DNA from: Escherichia coli
GTDB lineage: Bacteria; Pseudomonadota; Gammaproteobacteria; Enterobacterales; Enterobacteriaceae
Strand: one strand, 5' to 3'
Length of the DNA stretch: 64,000 nucleotides
Assembly: GCF_013122565.1 (NCBI RefSeq)
Contig: NZ_CP053258.1
In this document: positions 47,240-61,675 of the stretch, piece by piece
How positions within the stretch are numbered: the first letter of the stretch is position 1
How the letters are laid out: each line of letters opens with the position of its first letter
Program-made: the position numbers and the translations under genes
Notes under the pieces: generated by a model
Told to the model about the DNA's origin: nothing
What the model saw: the letters and a program-made list of their open reading frames with translations, nothing else
Databases searched by the model: none

Positions 47240-48441
47240 TGAATCTTTCAGCCAATGCACAAGCAACTCTCCTGCTAACCAGCGATTTTTCTCGCGCGGC
47301 GGCGAGTGAGTATAACCCTCTTAGTAATAGTGAATGGGGGAAGTTTGCATTATGGCTGAAGCACCAACGTATCAGTCCCGCCGATCTTCTGGTGCCGCAA
47401 CCGCAAGAGAAACTTACAGGCTGGAGCGATCCGCGTATTTCTCAGGAGCGTATTCTTGGCTTGCTGGCGCGTGGTCATAGTCTGGCGTTGGCGGTAGATA
47501 AGTGGCAACGCGCCGGTTTATGGATCTTAACCCGCGGAGATGCCGATTATCCCGTTCGCTTGAAAAACCGATTGCGAACGGATGCACCTCCCGTTTTATT
47601 TGGCTGTGGGAATAAAGCATTACTGCAAGCGGAAGGTATGGCGATTGTTGGCTCGCGAGATGCTCCGACTGACGATTTGCGCTATACCCAACAACTGGCC
47701 GCGAAACTGGCCCAACAGGGGATTTGCGTTATCTCTGGTGGTGCGCGAGGTATTGATGAATGTGCAATGGCGTCGGCACTGGAGGCCGGGGGAACTGCCG
47801 TTGGCGTATTAGCTGATAGCTTGTTAAAAACGAGCACGTTAGTGAAATGGCGTGAAGGGCTTATAGCAGGCAACCTGGTGTTGATTTCGCCGTTTTACCC
47901 AGAGGTACGTTTCACTGTCGGCAATGCGATGGCGCGGAATAAATATATTTATTGCCTTGCTGAAAGCGCAATGGTTGTACGTGCGGGAATGTCCGGTGGA
48001 ACGATAACCGGGGCGATGGAAGCATTAAAACATCAGTGGCTGCCTGTGCAGGTTAAACCAAATCAGGATATGCAATCAGCCAATTCACGATTAGTAGAAA
48101 ATGGGGCGTCATGGAGTACTGAACAGGCTGAGAATGTGACGTTCAGACTGCCAGACGTTACTGGGCTGATTTATGACAAAGCACTCCGTAACGCTCAACC
48201 AGAACTGTTTTCGCTGCATGAAGATGACGCAAATTACGCAGTAATGCCCGCGCATACGCCTGTCGATTTTTATCAACTCTTTGTGGCGGAACTGGCGATC
48301 CTTGCAAAGGAATCGATAAGTATTGAAAGGCTGGCGTCTTGTACTGGTTTAACCATCGAACAAATTCGTGTGTGGCTGAACCGCGCAGAAGAAGAGGGAA
48401 GGGTTATTCGATTGGGCGAAGGTCATTATCAGTTCAGGTAA
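47239..48441 (+). CDS. DprA/Smf-like (SLOG Rossmann) protein, PsyrA/RqlI/ShosA-like antitoxin or partner candidate
   Basis: 400 aa from the ATG overlapping the upstream stop (tTGATG at 47237-47241); DprA-type core GSRDAPTDD...ISGGARGIDECAMASAL...GGTAVGVLADSL...FTVGNAMARNKYIYCLA. Confidence 0.7.
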   Translation: MNLSANAQATLLLTSDFSRAAASEYNPLSNSEWGKFALWLKHQRISPADLLVPQPQEKLTGWSDPRISQERILGLLARGHSLALAVDKWQRAGLWILTRGDADYPVRLKNRLRTDAPPVLFGCGNKALLQAEGMAIVGSRDAPTDDLRYTQQLAAKLAQQGICVISGGARGIDECAMASALEAGGTAVGVLADSLLKTSTLVKWREGLIAGNLVLISPFYPEVRFTVGNAMARNKYIYCLAESAMVVRAGMSGGTITGAMEALKHQWLPVQVKPNQDMQSANSRLVENGASWSTEQAENVTFRLPDVTGLIYDKALRNAQPELFSLHEDDANYAVMPAHTPVDFYQLFVAELAILAKESISIERLASCTGLTIEQIRVWLNRAEEEGRVIRLGEGHYQFR

Positions 48442-48444
48442 TAA

Positions 48445-48480
48445 AACAGGTGCCGCGTCTGGTTGTGTGCAGCACCTGTT
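48445..48480. terminator. Hairpin between the DprA-like gene and convergent yhgN; bidirectional terminator candidate
   Basis: aacaggtgc...gcacctgtt inverted repeat, T-rich flank on the minus strand. Confidence 0.45.
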
Positions 48481-48486
48481 TGAACC

Positions 48487-49080
48487 TTACCCCTTCATCC
48501 ACATTCGAATGCCGTCGAGGAACATCTGGGTTGCCATCATCACCAGAATCAATCCCATCAGGCGTTCAAGTGCGTTCACCCCTTTCTCGCCCAGCAGACG
48601 TAAAAATAGCGAAGACTGTAGCAGGATGACAAAGGTGCCGCCCCAGGCCAGCAGCAGAGCAATCACCAGATGTCCCATCTGATTCGGGTACTGATGAGAC
48701 AACAACATCAGCGTGGCGAGAATAGTCGGCCCGGCGACTAACGGAATTGCCAACGGCACGATAAACGGCTCTTCACCTGCCGGAAGCCCGCTGCTATTTC
48801 CTGAAGCGCTGGGAAAAATCATCTTAATGGCGATCAGAAACAGAATGATGCCGCCAGAAATGGAGACGGTTTCTGCTCGCAGGCTGAGAAATGCCAGAAT
48901 TTTCTCACCCGCAAACAGGAACACCAGCATCACCAGGAGAGCAATAAGCAACTCTCGCACCATGATTGCCCGCCGTCTTTTCGGTTCAGTATGTTTCAGT
49001 ACGGACATGAAAATAGGTAGGTTTCCGAGCGGATCCATAATCAGGATCAATAAAACTGCTGCAGAAATGATTTCATTCAT
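48487..49080 (-). CDS. yhgN: MarC-family membrane protein YhgN
   Basis: 197 aa multi-TM protein. Confidence 0.88.
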   Translation of the reverse strand: MNEIISAAVLLILIMDPLGNLPIFMSVLKHTEPKRRRAIMVRELLIALLVMLVFLFAGEKILAFLSLRAETVSISGGIILFLIAIKMIFPSASGNSSGLPAGEEPFIVPLAIPLVAGPTILATLMLLSHQYPNQMGHLVIALLLAWGGTFVILLQSSLFLRLLGEKGVNALERLMGLILVMMATQMFLDGIRMWMKG

Positions 49081-49271
49081 AACTCAAATTCCCTGATAAT
49101 TGCCGCGGACTTTCTGCGTGCTAACAAAGCAGGATAAGTCGCATTACTGATGGCTTCGCTATCATTGATTAATTTCACTTGCGACTTTGGCTGCTTTTTG
49201 TATGGTGAAAGATGTGCCAAGAGGAGACCGGCACATTTATACAGCACACATCTTTGCAGGAAAAAACGCTT

Positions 49272-50375
49272 ATGAAAAATGTTGGTTTTATCGGCTGGCG
49301 CGGTATGGTCGGCTCCGTTCTCATGCAACGCATGGTTGAAGAGCGCGACTTCGACGCCATTCGCCCTGTCTTCTTTTCTACTTCTCAGCTTGGCCAGGCT
49401 GCGCCGTCTTTTGGCGGAACCACTGGCACACTTCAGGATGCCTTTGATCTGGAGGCGCTAAAGGCCCTCGATATCATTGTGACCTGTCAGGGCGGCGATT
49501 ATACCAACGAAATCTATCCGAAGCTTCGTGAAAGCGGATGGCAAGGTTACTGGATTGACGCAGCATCGTCTCTGCGCATGAAAGATGACGCCATCATCAT
49601 TCTTGACCCCGTCAATCAGGACGTCATTACCGACGGATTAAATAATGGCATCAGGACTTTTGTTGGCGGTAACTGTACCGTAAGCCTGATGTTGATGTCG
49701 TTGGGCGGTTTATTCGCCAATGATCTTGTTGATTGGGTGTCCGTTGCAACCTACCAGGCCGCTTCCGGCGGTGGTGCGCGACATATGCGTGAGTTATTAA
49801 CCCAGATGGGCCATCTGTATGGCCATGTGGCAGATGAACTCGCGACCCCGTCCTCTGCTATTCTCGATATCGAACGCAAAGTCACAACCTTAACCCGTAG
49901 CGGTGAGCTGCCGGTAGATAACTTTGGCGTGCCGCTGGCGGGTAGCCTGATTCCGTGGATCGACAAACAGCTCGATAACGGTCAGAGCCGCGAAGAGTGG
50001 AAAGGGCAGGCGGAAACCAACAAGATCCTCAACACATCTTCCGTAATTCCGGTAGATGGTTTATGTGTGCGTGTCGGGGCATTGCGCTGCCACAGCCAGG
50101 CATTCACTATTAAATTGAAAAAAGATGTGTCTATTCCGACCGTCGAAGAACTGCTGGCTGCGCACAATCCGTGGGCGAAAGTCGTTCCGAACGATCGGGA
50201 AATCACTATGCGTGAGCTAACCCCAGCTGCTGTTACCGGCACGCTGACCACGCCGGTAGGCCGCCTGCGTAAGCTGAATATGGGACCAGAGTTCCTGTCA
50301 GCCTTTACCGTGGGTGACCAGCTGCTGTGGGGGGCCGCGGAGCCGCTGCGTCGGATGCTTCGTCAACTGGCGTAA
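49272..50375 (+). CDS. asd: Aspartate-semialdehyde dehydrogenase
   Basis: 367 aa from the [11 protein letters not shown] Met; NAD-binding N-terminus. Confidence 0.93.
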
Positions 50376-50647
50376 TCTTTATTCATTAAATTTGGGGCGC
50401 GATGCCGCCCCTGTTAGTGCGTAATACAGGAGTAAGCGCAGATGTTTCATGATTTACCGGGAGTTAAATAGAGCATTGGCTATTCTTTAAGGGTGGCTGA
50501 ATACATGAGTATTCACAGCCTTACCTGAAGTGAGGACGACGCAGAGAGGATGCACAGAGTGCTGCGCCGTTCAGGTCAAAAAAATGTCACAACCAGAAGT
50601 CAAAAATCCAATTGGATGGGGTGACACAATAAAACAGGAAGACAAGC

Positions 50648-52834
50648 ATGTCCGATCGTATCGATAGAGACGTGATTAACGCGCTAATTGCAGGCCATTT
50701 TGCGGATCCTTTTTCCGTACTGGGAATGCATAAAACCACCGCGGGACTGGAAGTCCGTGCCCTTTTACCCGACGCTACCGATGTGTGGGTGATTGAACCG
50801 AAAACCGGGCGCAAACTCGCAAAACTGGAGTGTCTCGACTCACGAGGATTTTTTAGCGGCGTCATTCCGCGACGTAAGAATTTTTTCCGCTATCAGTTGG
50901 CTGTAGTCTGGCATGGTCAGCAAAACCTGATTGATGATCCTTACCGTTTTGGTCCGCTAATCCAGGAAATGGATGCCTGGCTATTATCTGAAGGTACTCA
51001 CCTGCGCCCGTATGAAACCTTAGGTGCGCATGCAGATACTATGGATGGCGTCACAGGTACGCGTTTTTCTGTCTGGGCTCCAAACGCCCGTCGGGTCTCG
51101 GTGGTTGGGCAATTCAACTACTGGGACGGTCGCCGTCATCCGATGCGCCTGCGTAAAGAGAGCGGCATCTGGGAACTGTTTATCCCTGGGGCGCATAACG
51201 GTCAGCTCTATAAATACGAGATGATTGATGCCAATGGCAACTTGCGTCTGAAGTCCGACCCTTATGCCTTCGAAGCGCAAATGCGTCCGGAAACCGCGTC
51301 TCTTATTTGCGGGTTGCCGGAAAAGGTTGTGCAGACTGAAGAGCGCAAAAAAGCGAATCAGTTTGATGCGCCAATCTCTATTTATGAAGTTCACCTGGGC
51401 TCCTGGCGGCGTCACACCGACAACAATTTCTGGTTGAGCTACCGCGAGCTGGCCGATCAACTGGTGCCTTATGCTAAATGGATGGGCTTTACCCACCTCG
51501 AACTACTGCCCATTAACGAGCATCCCTTCGATGGCAGTTGGGGTTATCAGCCAACCGGCCTGTATGCACCAACCCGCCGTTTTGGTACTCGCGACGACTT
51601 CCGTTATTTCATTGATGCCGCACACGCAGCGGGTCTGAACGTGATTCTCGACTGGGTGCCAGGCCACTTCCCGACCGATGACTTTGCGCTTGCCGAATTT
51701 GATGGCACGAACTTGTATGAACACAGCGATCCGCGCGAAGGCTATCATCAGGACTGGAATACGCTGATCTACAACTATGGTCGCCGTGAAGTCAGTAACT
51801 TCCTCGTCGGTAACGCGCTTTACTGGATTGAACGTTTTGGTATTGATGCGCTGCGCGTCGATGCGGTGGCGTCAATGATTTATCGCGACTACAGCCGTAA
51901 AGAGGGGGAGTGGATCCCGAACGAATTTGGCGGGCGCGAGAATCTTGAAGCGATTGAATTCTTGCGTAATACCAACCGTATTCTTGGTGAGCAGGTTTCC
52001 GGTGCGGTGACAATGGCTGAGGAGTCTACCGATTTCCCTGGCGTTTCTCGTCCGCAGGATATGGGCGGTCTGGGCTTCTGGTACAAGTGGAACCTCGGCT
52101 GGATGCATGACACCCTGGACTACATGAAGCTCGACCCGGTTTATCGTCAGTATCATCACGATAAACTCACCTTCGGGATTCTCTACAACTACACTGAAAA
52201 CTTCGTCCTGCCGTTGTCGCATGATGAAGTGGTCCACGGTAAAAAATCGATTCTCGACCGGATGCCGGGCGACGCATGGCAGAAATTCGCTAACCTGCGC
52301 GCCTACTATGGCTGGATGTGGGCATTTCCGGGCAAGAAACTGCTGTTCATGGGGAACGAATTTGCCCAGGGCCGCGAGTGGAACCATGACGCCAGCCTCG
52401 ACTGGCATCTGTTGGAAGGCGGCGATAACTGGCACCACGGTGTCCAGCGTCTGGTGCGCGATCTGAACCTCACCTACCGCCACCATAAAGCAATGCATGA
52501 ACTGGATTTTGACCCGTACGGCTTTGAATGGCTGGTGGTGGATGACAAAGAACGCTCGGTGCTGATCTTTGTGCGTCGCGATAAAGAGGGTAACGAAATT
52601 ATCGTTGCCAGTAACTTTACGCCGGTGCCGCGTCATGATTATCGCTTCGGCATTAATCAGCCAGGCAAATGGCGTGAAATCCTCAATACCGATTCCATGC
52701 ACTATCACGGCAGTAATGCAGGCAATGGCGGCACGGTACACAGCGATGAGATTGCCAGCCACGGTCGTCAGCATTCACTAAGCCTGACACTACCACCGCT
52801 GGCCACTATCTGGCTGGTTCGGGAGGCAGAATGA
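50648..52834 (+). CDS. glgB: 1,4-alpha-glucan branching enzyme GlgB
   Basis: 728 aa GH13 enzyme. Confidence 0.95.
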   Translation: MSDRIDRDVINALIAGHFADPFSVLGMHKTTAGLEVRALLPDATDVWVIEPKTGRKLAKLECLDSRGFFSGVIPRRKNFFRYQLAVVWHGQQNLIDDPYRFGPLIQEMDAWLLSEGTHLRPYETLGAHADTMDGVTGTRFSVWAPNARRVSVVGQFNYWDGRRHPMRLRKESGIWELFIPGAHNGQLYKYEMIDANGNLRLKSDPYAFEAQMRPETASLICGLPEKVVQTEERKKANQFDAPISIYEVHLGSWRRHTDNNFWLSYRELADQLVPYAKWMGFTHLELLPINEHPFDGSWGYQPTGLYAPTRRFGTRDDFRYFIDAAHAAGLNVILDWVPGHFPTDDFALAEFDGTNLYEHSDPREGYHQDWNTLIYNYGRREVSNFLVGNALYWIERFGIDALRVDAVASMIYRDYSRKEGEWIPNEFGGRENLEAIEFLRNTNRILGEQVSGAVTMAEESTDFPGVSRPQDMGGLGFWYKWNLGWMHDTLDYMKLDPVYRQYHHDKLTFGILYNYTENFVLPLSHDEVVHGKKSILDRMPGDAWQKFANLRAYYGWMWAFPGKKLLFMGNEFAQGREWNHDASLDWHLLEGGDNWHHGVQRLVRDLNLTYRHHKAMHELDFDPYGFEWLVVDDKERSVLIFVRRDKEGNEIIVASNFTPVPRHDYRFGINQPGKWREILNTDSMHYHGSNAGNGGTVHSDEIASHGRQHSLSLTLPPLATIWLVREAE

Positions 52835-54804
52835 CACGACTCGCCATTGGCAAACCCGCTCCCCTCGGCGCGCATTACGACGGTCAGGGCGTCAACTTCA
52901 CACTTTTCTCCGCTCATGCCGAGCGGGTAGAGCTGTGTGTCTTTGACGCCAATGGCCAGGAACATCGCTATGACTTGCCAGGGCACAGTGGCGACATTTG
53001 GCACGGTTATCTGCCGGATGCGCGCCCGGGTTTGCGTTATGGTTATCGCGTTCATGGCCCCTGGCAACCCGCCGAGGGGCATCGCTTTAACCCGGCGAAG
53101 TTGTTGATTGATCCTTGCGCGCGGCAAATTGACGGGGAATTCAAAGATAACCCGCTGCTGCACGCCGGTCATAATGAACCTGACTATCGCGACAACGCCG
53201 CCATTGCGCCGAAATGCGTAGTGGTGGTTGATCACTATGACTGGGAAGATGATGCCCCGCCGCGCACGCCGTGGGGCAGCACCATCATTTATGAAGCCCA
53301 TGTTAAAGGATTAACGTACCTGCACCCGGAGATCCCGGTCGAGATCCGTGGCACTTATAAAGCCCTGGGGCATCCGGTGATGATCAACTATTTGAAACAG
53401 TTGGGCATTACCGCGCTGGAACTACTGCCGGTGGCGCAGTTTGCCAGTGAACCACGTCTGCAACGCATGGGGCTAAGTAACTACTGGGGTTACAACCCGG
53501 TGGCGATGTTTGCGCTGCATCCGGCGTATGCCTGCTCGCCAGAAACGGCGCTGCATGAGTTTCGCGATGCAATCAAAGCACTGCATAAAGCGGGTATCGA
53601 AGTCATTCTTGATATCGTGCTCAACCATAGTGCGGAACTGGACCTCGACGGCCCGTTATTCTCGCTGCGTGGGATCGACAACCGTAGCTATTATTGGATA
53701 AGAGAAGACGGCGATTATCACAACTGGACCGGTTGTGGCAACACGCTCAATTTGAGTCATCCGGCGGTGGTGGAGTATGCCTGCACCTGCCTGCGTTATT
53801 GGGTAGAAACCTGCCACGTCGATGGTTTCCGCTTTGATCTGGCGGCAGTCATGGGCCGTACGCCAGAGTTCCGTCAGGATGCGCCGTTGTTTACCGCTAT
53901 CCAGAACTGCCCGGTGCTCTCGCAGGTGAAGTTAATTGCTGAACCGTGGGATATCGCTCCTGGTGGTTATCAGGTGGGAAATTTCCCGCCGCTGTTTGCC
54001 GAGTGGAACGATCATTTCCGCGATGCTGCCCGTCGTTTCTGGCTACATTATGATTTGCCTCTGGGGGCGTTTGCCGGGCGTTTTGCTGCCTCCAGTGATG
54101 TTTTTAAACGTAATGGTCGTCTGCCGAGTGCCGCGATTAATCTCGTCACCGCGCATGACGGTTTTACGCTTCGCGACTGCGTTTGTTTCAACCATAAACA
54201 CAATGAAGCAAACGGAGAAGAAAATCGCGACGGGACCAACAACAATTACAGTAACAATCATGGTAAAGAAGGGTTAGGCGGTTCTCTTGACCTGGTTGAA
54301 CGGCGGCGCGACAGTATTCACGCCCTGTTAACAACGTTGTTGCTCTCCCAGGGTACGCCGATGTTACTGGCCGGTGACGAACACGGTCACAGCCAGCATG
54401 GCAATAACAATGCCTACTGTCAGGATAACCAATTAACCTGGTTGGACTGGTCGCAGGCAAGCAGTGGTTTAACCGCATTTACCGCCGCGTTAATCCATCT
54501 GCGCAAGCGCATTCCCGCTTTGGTGGAGAATCGCTGGTGGGAAGAAGGCGACGGCAATGTCCGTTGGCTAAATCGATATGCTCAACCTTTAAGCACGGAT
54601 GAGTGGCAAAACGGGCCGAAACAGCTGCAAATTCTGCTCTCGGATCGCTTTTTGATCGCAATTAACGCCACGCTTGAGGTAACAGAGATTGTTTTACCTG
54701 CTGGGGAGTGGCACGCCATTCCCCCATTCGCTGGAGAGGATAACCCAGTGATTACGGCTGTCTGGCAGGGACCTGCACACGGATTGTGTGTGTTCCAGAG
54801 ATGA
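52831..54804 (+). CDS. glgX: Glycogen debranching enzyme GlgX
   Basis: 657 aa GH13 enzyme; start overlaps the glgB stop. Confidence 0.95.
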
Positions 54805-54821
54805 TAAAAAAGGAGTTAGTC

Positions 54822-56117
54822 ATGGTTAGTTTAGAGAAGAACGATCACTTAATGTTGGCGCGCCAGCTGCCATTGAAATCTGTTGCCCTGATACTGGCGG
54901 GAGGACGTGGTACCCGCCTGAAGGATTTAACCAATAAGCGAGCAAAACCGGCCGTACACTTCGGCGGTAAGTTCCGCATTATCGACTTTGCGCTGTCTAA
55001 CTGCATCAACTCCGGGATCCGTCGTATGGGCGTGATCACCCAGTACCAGTCCCACACTCTGGTGCAGCACATTCAGCGCGGCTGGTCATTCTTCAATGAA
55101 GAAATGAACGAGTTTGTCGATCTGCTGCCAGCACAGCAGAGAATGAAAGGGGAAAACTGGTATCGCGGCACCGCAGATGCGGTCACCCAAAACCTCGATA
55201 TTATCCGCCGTTATAAAGCGGAATACGTGGTGATCCTGGCGGGCGACCATATCTACAAGCAAGACTACTCGCGTATGCTTATCGATCACGTCGAAAAAGG
55301 CGCACGTTGCACCGTTGCTTGTATGCCAGTACCGATTGAAGAAGCCTCCGCATTTGGCGTTATGGCGGTTGATGAGAACGATAAAATTATCGAATTCGTT
55401 GAAAAACCTGCTAACCCACCGTCAATGCCGAACGATCCGAGCAAATCTCTGGCGAGTATGGGTATCTACGTCTTTGACGCCGACTATCTGTATGAACTGC
55501 TGGAAGAAGACGATCGCGATGAGAACTCCAGCCACGACTTTGGCAAAGATTTGATTCCCAAGATCACCGAAGCCGGTCTGGCCTATGCGCACCCGTTCCC
55601 GCTCTCTTGCGTACAATCCGACCCGGATGCCGAGCCGTACTGGCGCGATGTGGGTACGCTGGAAGCTTACTGGAAAGCGAACCTCGATCTGGCCTCTGTG
55701 GTGCCGGAACTGGATATGTACGATCGCAATTGGCCAATTCGCACCTACAATGAATCATTACCGCCAGCGAAATTCGTGCAGGATCGCTCCGGTAGCCACG
55801 GGATGACCCTTAACTCACTGGTATCCGGCGGTTGTGTGATCTCCGGTTCGGTGGTGGTGCAGTCCGTTCTGTTCTCGCGCGTTCGCGTGAATTCATTCTG
55901 CAACATTGATTCCGCCGTATTGTTACCGGAAGTATGGGTAGGTCGCTCGTGCCGTCTGCGCCGCTGCGTCATCGATCGTGCTTGTGTTATTCCGGAAGGC
56001 ATGGTGATTGGTGAAAACGCAGAGGAAGATGCACGTCGTTTCTATCGTTCAGAAGAAGGCATCGTGCTGGTAACGCGCGAAATGCTACGGAAGTTAGGGC
56101 ATAAACAGGAGCGATAA
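54822..56117 (+). CDS. glgC: Glucose-1-phosphate adenylyltransferase GlgC
   Basis: 431 aa from the MVSLEKND Met. Confidence 0.95.
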
Positions 56118-57550
56118 TGCAGGTTTTACATGTATGTTCAGAGATGTTCCCGCTGCTTAAAACCGGCGGTCTGGCTGATGTTATTGGGGCATTACCCGCA
56201 GCACAAATCGCAGACGGCGTTGACGCTCGCGTACTGTTGCCTGCATTTCCCGATATTCGCCGTGGCGTGACCGATGCGCAGGTAGTATCCCGTCGTGATA
56301 CCTTCGCCGGACATATCACGCTGTTGTTCGGTCATTACAACGGGGTTGGCATTTACCTGATTGACGCGCCGCATCTCTATGATCGTCCGGGAAGCCCGTA
56401 TCACGATACCAACTTATTTGCCTACACCGACAACGTATTGCGTTTTGCGCTGCTGGGGTGGGTTGGGGCAGAAATGGCCAGCGGGCTTGACCCATTCTGG
56501 CGTCCTGATGTGGTGCATGCGCACGACTGGCATGCAGGCCTTGCGCCTGCGTATCTGGCGGCGCGCGGGCGTCCTGCGAAGTCGGTGTTTACTGTGCACA
56601 ACCTGGCCTATCAAGGCATGTTTTATGCACATCACATGAATGACATCCAATTGCCATGGTCATTCTTTAATATTCATGGGCTGGAATTCAACGGACAAAT
56701 CTCTTTCCTGAAGGCCGGTCTGTACTATGCCGATCACATTACGGCGGTCAGTCCAACCTACGCTCGCGAGATCACTGAACCGCAGTTTGCCTACGGTATG
56801 GAAGGTCTGTTGCAACAGCGTCACCGTGAAGGGCGTCTTTCCGGCGTACTGAACGGCGTGGACGAGAAAATCTGGAGTCCAGAGACGGACTTACTGTTGG
56901 CCTCGCGCTACACCCGCGATACGTTGGAAGATAAAGCGGAAAATAAGCGCCAGTTACAAATCGCAATGGGGCTTAAGGTTGACGATAAAGTGCCGCTTTT
57001 TGCAGTGGTGAGCCGTCTGACCAGCCAGAAAGGTCTCGACCTGGTGCTGGAAGCCTTACCGGGCCTTCTGGAGCAGGGCGGGCAGCTGGCGCTACTCGGC
57101 GCGGGCGATCCGGTGCTGCAGGAAGGTTTTCTTGCGGCGGCAGCGGAATACCCCGGCCAGGTGGGCGTTCAGATTGGCTATCACGAAGCATTTTCGCATC
57201 GCATTATGGGCGGCGCGGACGTCATTCTGGTGCCCAGCCGTTTTGAACCGTGCGGCTTAACGCAACTTTATGGATTGAAGTACGGTACGCTGCCGTTAGT
57301 GCGGCGCACCGGTGGGCTTGCTGATACGGTTTCTGACTGTTCTCTTGAGAACCTTGCAGATGGCGTCGCCAGTGGGTTTGTCTTTGAAGATAGTAATGCC
57401 TGGTCGCTGTTACGGGCTATTCGACGTGCTTTTGTACTGTGGTCCCGTCCTTCACTGTGGCGGTTTGTGCAACGTCAGGCTATGGCAATGGATTTTAGCT
57501 GGCAGGTCGCGGCGAAGTCGTACCGTGAGCTTTACTATCGCTTGAAATAG
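56117..57550 (+). CDS. glgA: Glycogen synthase GlgA
   Basis: 477 aa with KTGGL motif. Confidence 0.95.
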
Positions 57551-60016
<2,466 letters not shown>

Positions 60017-60031
60017 GTTCACTAAAAAACA

Positions 60032-60060
60032 GAACGGGGCCAAAGGGTCCCGTTTTTTTT
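60032..60060 (+). terminator. Rho-independent terminator of the glg operon
   Basis: acggggcc...gggtcccgt stem followed by a T8 run. Confidence 0.6.
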
Positions 60061-60132
60061 CGCCATCATTTCGGAAAAGTGTCCAGAAGGGGCAAGGGGA
60101 CTCGGGGAGTATAATTTCGCCATTCAGAAAGA

Positions 60133-61650
60133 ATGGAAAGAATAATGCAAAACAGAAAATGGATTTTGACCTCGCTGGTAATGACTTTTTTCGGCATCCC
60201 CATACTGACGCAATTTTTGGCAGCGGTTGTTGCTATGCTGGGGGGCGGGCTTGCCGCTATTCTTGAGGTTTGCAATTTACTCTTTACGCCAGCAATTTAT
60301 CTTCTACTCAACGTCTTTATGCTGACTCTGGGGGCGATAATAATATTTTTCTCTGGTCGCGTGTGGGCGGGCGATAGTGCACCAGAAAAAAAAGAAATAG
60401 CCGTCTGGCGACAATGTCTTTTTTTAGTACCTGCTTTATTCACCCTGGTTGGCTGGATAATCACGCTACATCTGGCAGATTATCAATTTCGCCAGATGGG
60501 AGACGGTTGGTTGGCAAACCTTATGCTTCCCTGGTTGGGCGTTTTTTTAGTCTCATTAGTGGGTGGTGAGTACTGGTGGATAGTCATTATACCCGTTGGC
60601 GCGCATATCAGTTTTTCGCTGGGGTACGGTTGGCCGACCAGACATCTTTTAACGGGCACGTCCGGGTTACGTTGCCGTAATTCCCTCTTGTTTATCCTTC
60701 TCATGCTTGGTTTTGTCGCCGGTTACCAGGCTTATTTATATAAACAGCTTAATCCCGGCGTCGGTGTGCGTGAAAATATTGATACCTGGGCCTGGCGACC
60801 CGATAAACTCAATAATCAACTGACACCACTGCGTGGTAAACCGCAAATTCAGTTCACGCAAAACTGGCCGCGACTCGATGGTGCTACGGCGGCGTACCCA
60901 ATTTATGCCTCTGCATTTTATGCTTTAAGCGTTATACCGGAAGATTTTCACGCCAGGAAATATCTGGAGAACTCTCGTACCCCCGATGCGTATAACAGGA
61001 TTGTTAAAGGTGATGCCGATATTATTTTTGTGGCGCAGCCCTCCGGTGGGCAGAAAAAACGCGCTGAGGAATCGGGCGTCACTTTGCTGTACACGCCTTT
61101 TGCCCGTGAAGCGTTTGTTTTCATCGTCAATGCAGATAACCCGGTTAATTCCCTGACCGAACAACAAGTGCGTGACATCTTCAGTGGCGCAATTACCAAC
61201 TGGCGCACGGTTGGCGGTAACGATCAGGAGATCCAGACCTGGCAACGCCCGGAAGACTCAGGTAGCCAGACGGTGATGCAGGCGCAGGTCATGAAAAATG
61301 TACGTATGATCTCGCCGCAGGAGACCGAAGTGGCTGAAATGATGGGAGGGATGATTAAAGTTGTTGCCGAATACCGTAATACAAACAACTCAATAGGCTA
61401 CACCTTCCGCTATTACGCAACGCAAATGAATACCGATAAGAATATCAAATTGTTAGCGATTAACGGTATTGCACCGACTGCGGAAAACATCCGTAACGGC
61501 AAATATCCCTATATCGTCGATGCCTTTATGGTAACGCGGGAAAATATGACGTCAGAAACGCAAAAACTGGTGGAATGGTTTTTAACGCCGCAGGGGCAAA
61601 GCCTGGTGGAAGATGTGGGTTATGTGCCGATGTATCCAACAATGAAATAA
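60133..61650 (+). CDS. Membrane-anchored protein: N-terminal multi-TM domain fused to a PstS-like (type 2 periplasmic binding fold) domain
   Basis: 505 aa; about 6 predicted TM helices in the first ~230 aa; C-terminal domain strongly similar to the adjacent 333-aa paralog (shared FVAQPS.GQKKRAEE, WQRPEDSGSQTVMQ, IGYTF.YY motifs). Confidence 0.6.
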   Translation: MERIMQNRKWILTSLVMTFFGIPILTQFLAAVVAMLGGGLAAILEVCNLLFTPAIYLLLNVFMLTLGAIIIFFSGRVWAGDSAPEKKEIAVWRQCLFLVPALFTLVGWIITLHLADYQFRQMGDGWLANLMLPWLGVFLVSLVGGEYWWIVIIPVGAHISFSLGYGWPTRHLLTGTSGLRCRNSLLFILLMLGFVAGYQAYLYKQLNPGVGVRENIDTWAWRPDKLNNQLTPLRGKPQIQFTQNWPRLDGATAAYPIYASAFYALSVIPEDFHARKYLENSRTPDAYNRIVKGDADIIFVAQPSGGQKKRAEESGVTLLYTPFAREAFVFIVNADNPVNSLTEQQVRDIFSGAITNWRTVGGNDQEIQTWQRPEDSGSQTVMQAQVMKNVRMISPQETEVAEMMGGMIKVVAEYRNTNNSIGYTFRYYATQMNTDKNIKLLAINGIAPTAENIRNGKYPYIVDAFMVTRENMTSETQKLVEWFLTPQGQSLVEDVGYVPMYPTMK

Positions 61651-61675
61651 CCCTTGAGAGAAGGGAATCAGGGCG

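Noticed and set aside
51872-52774. 300-aa ORF on the - strand
   Set aside because: Antisense to glgB; shadow ORF.
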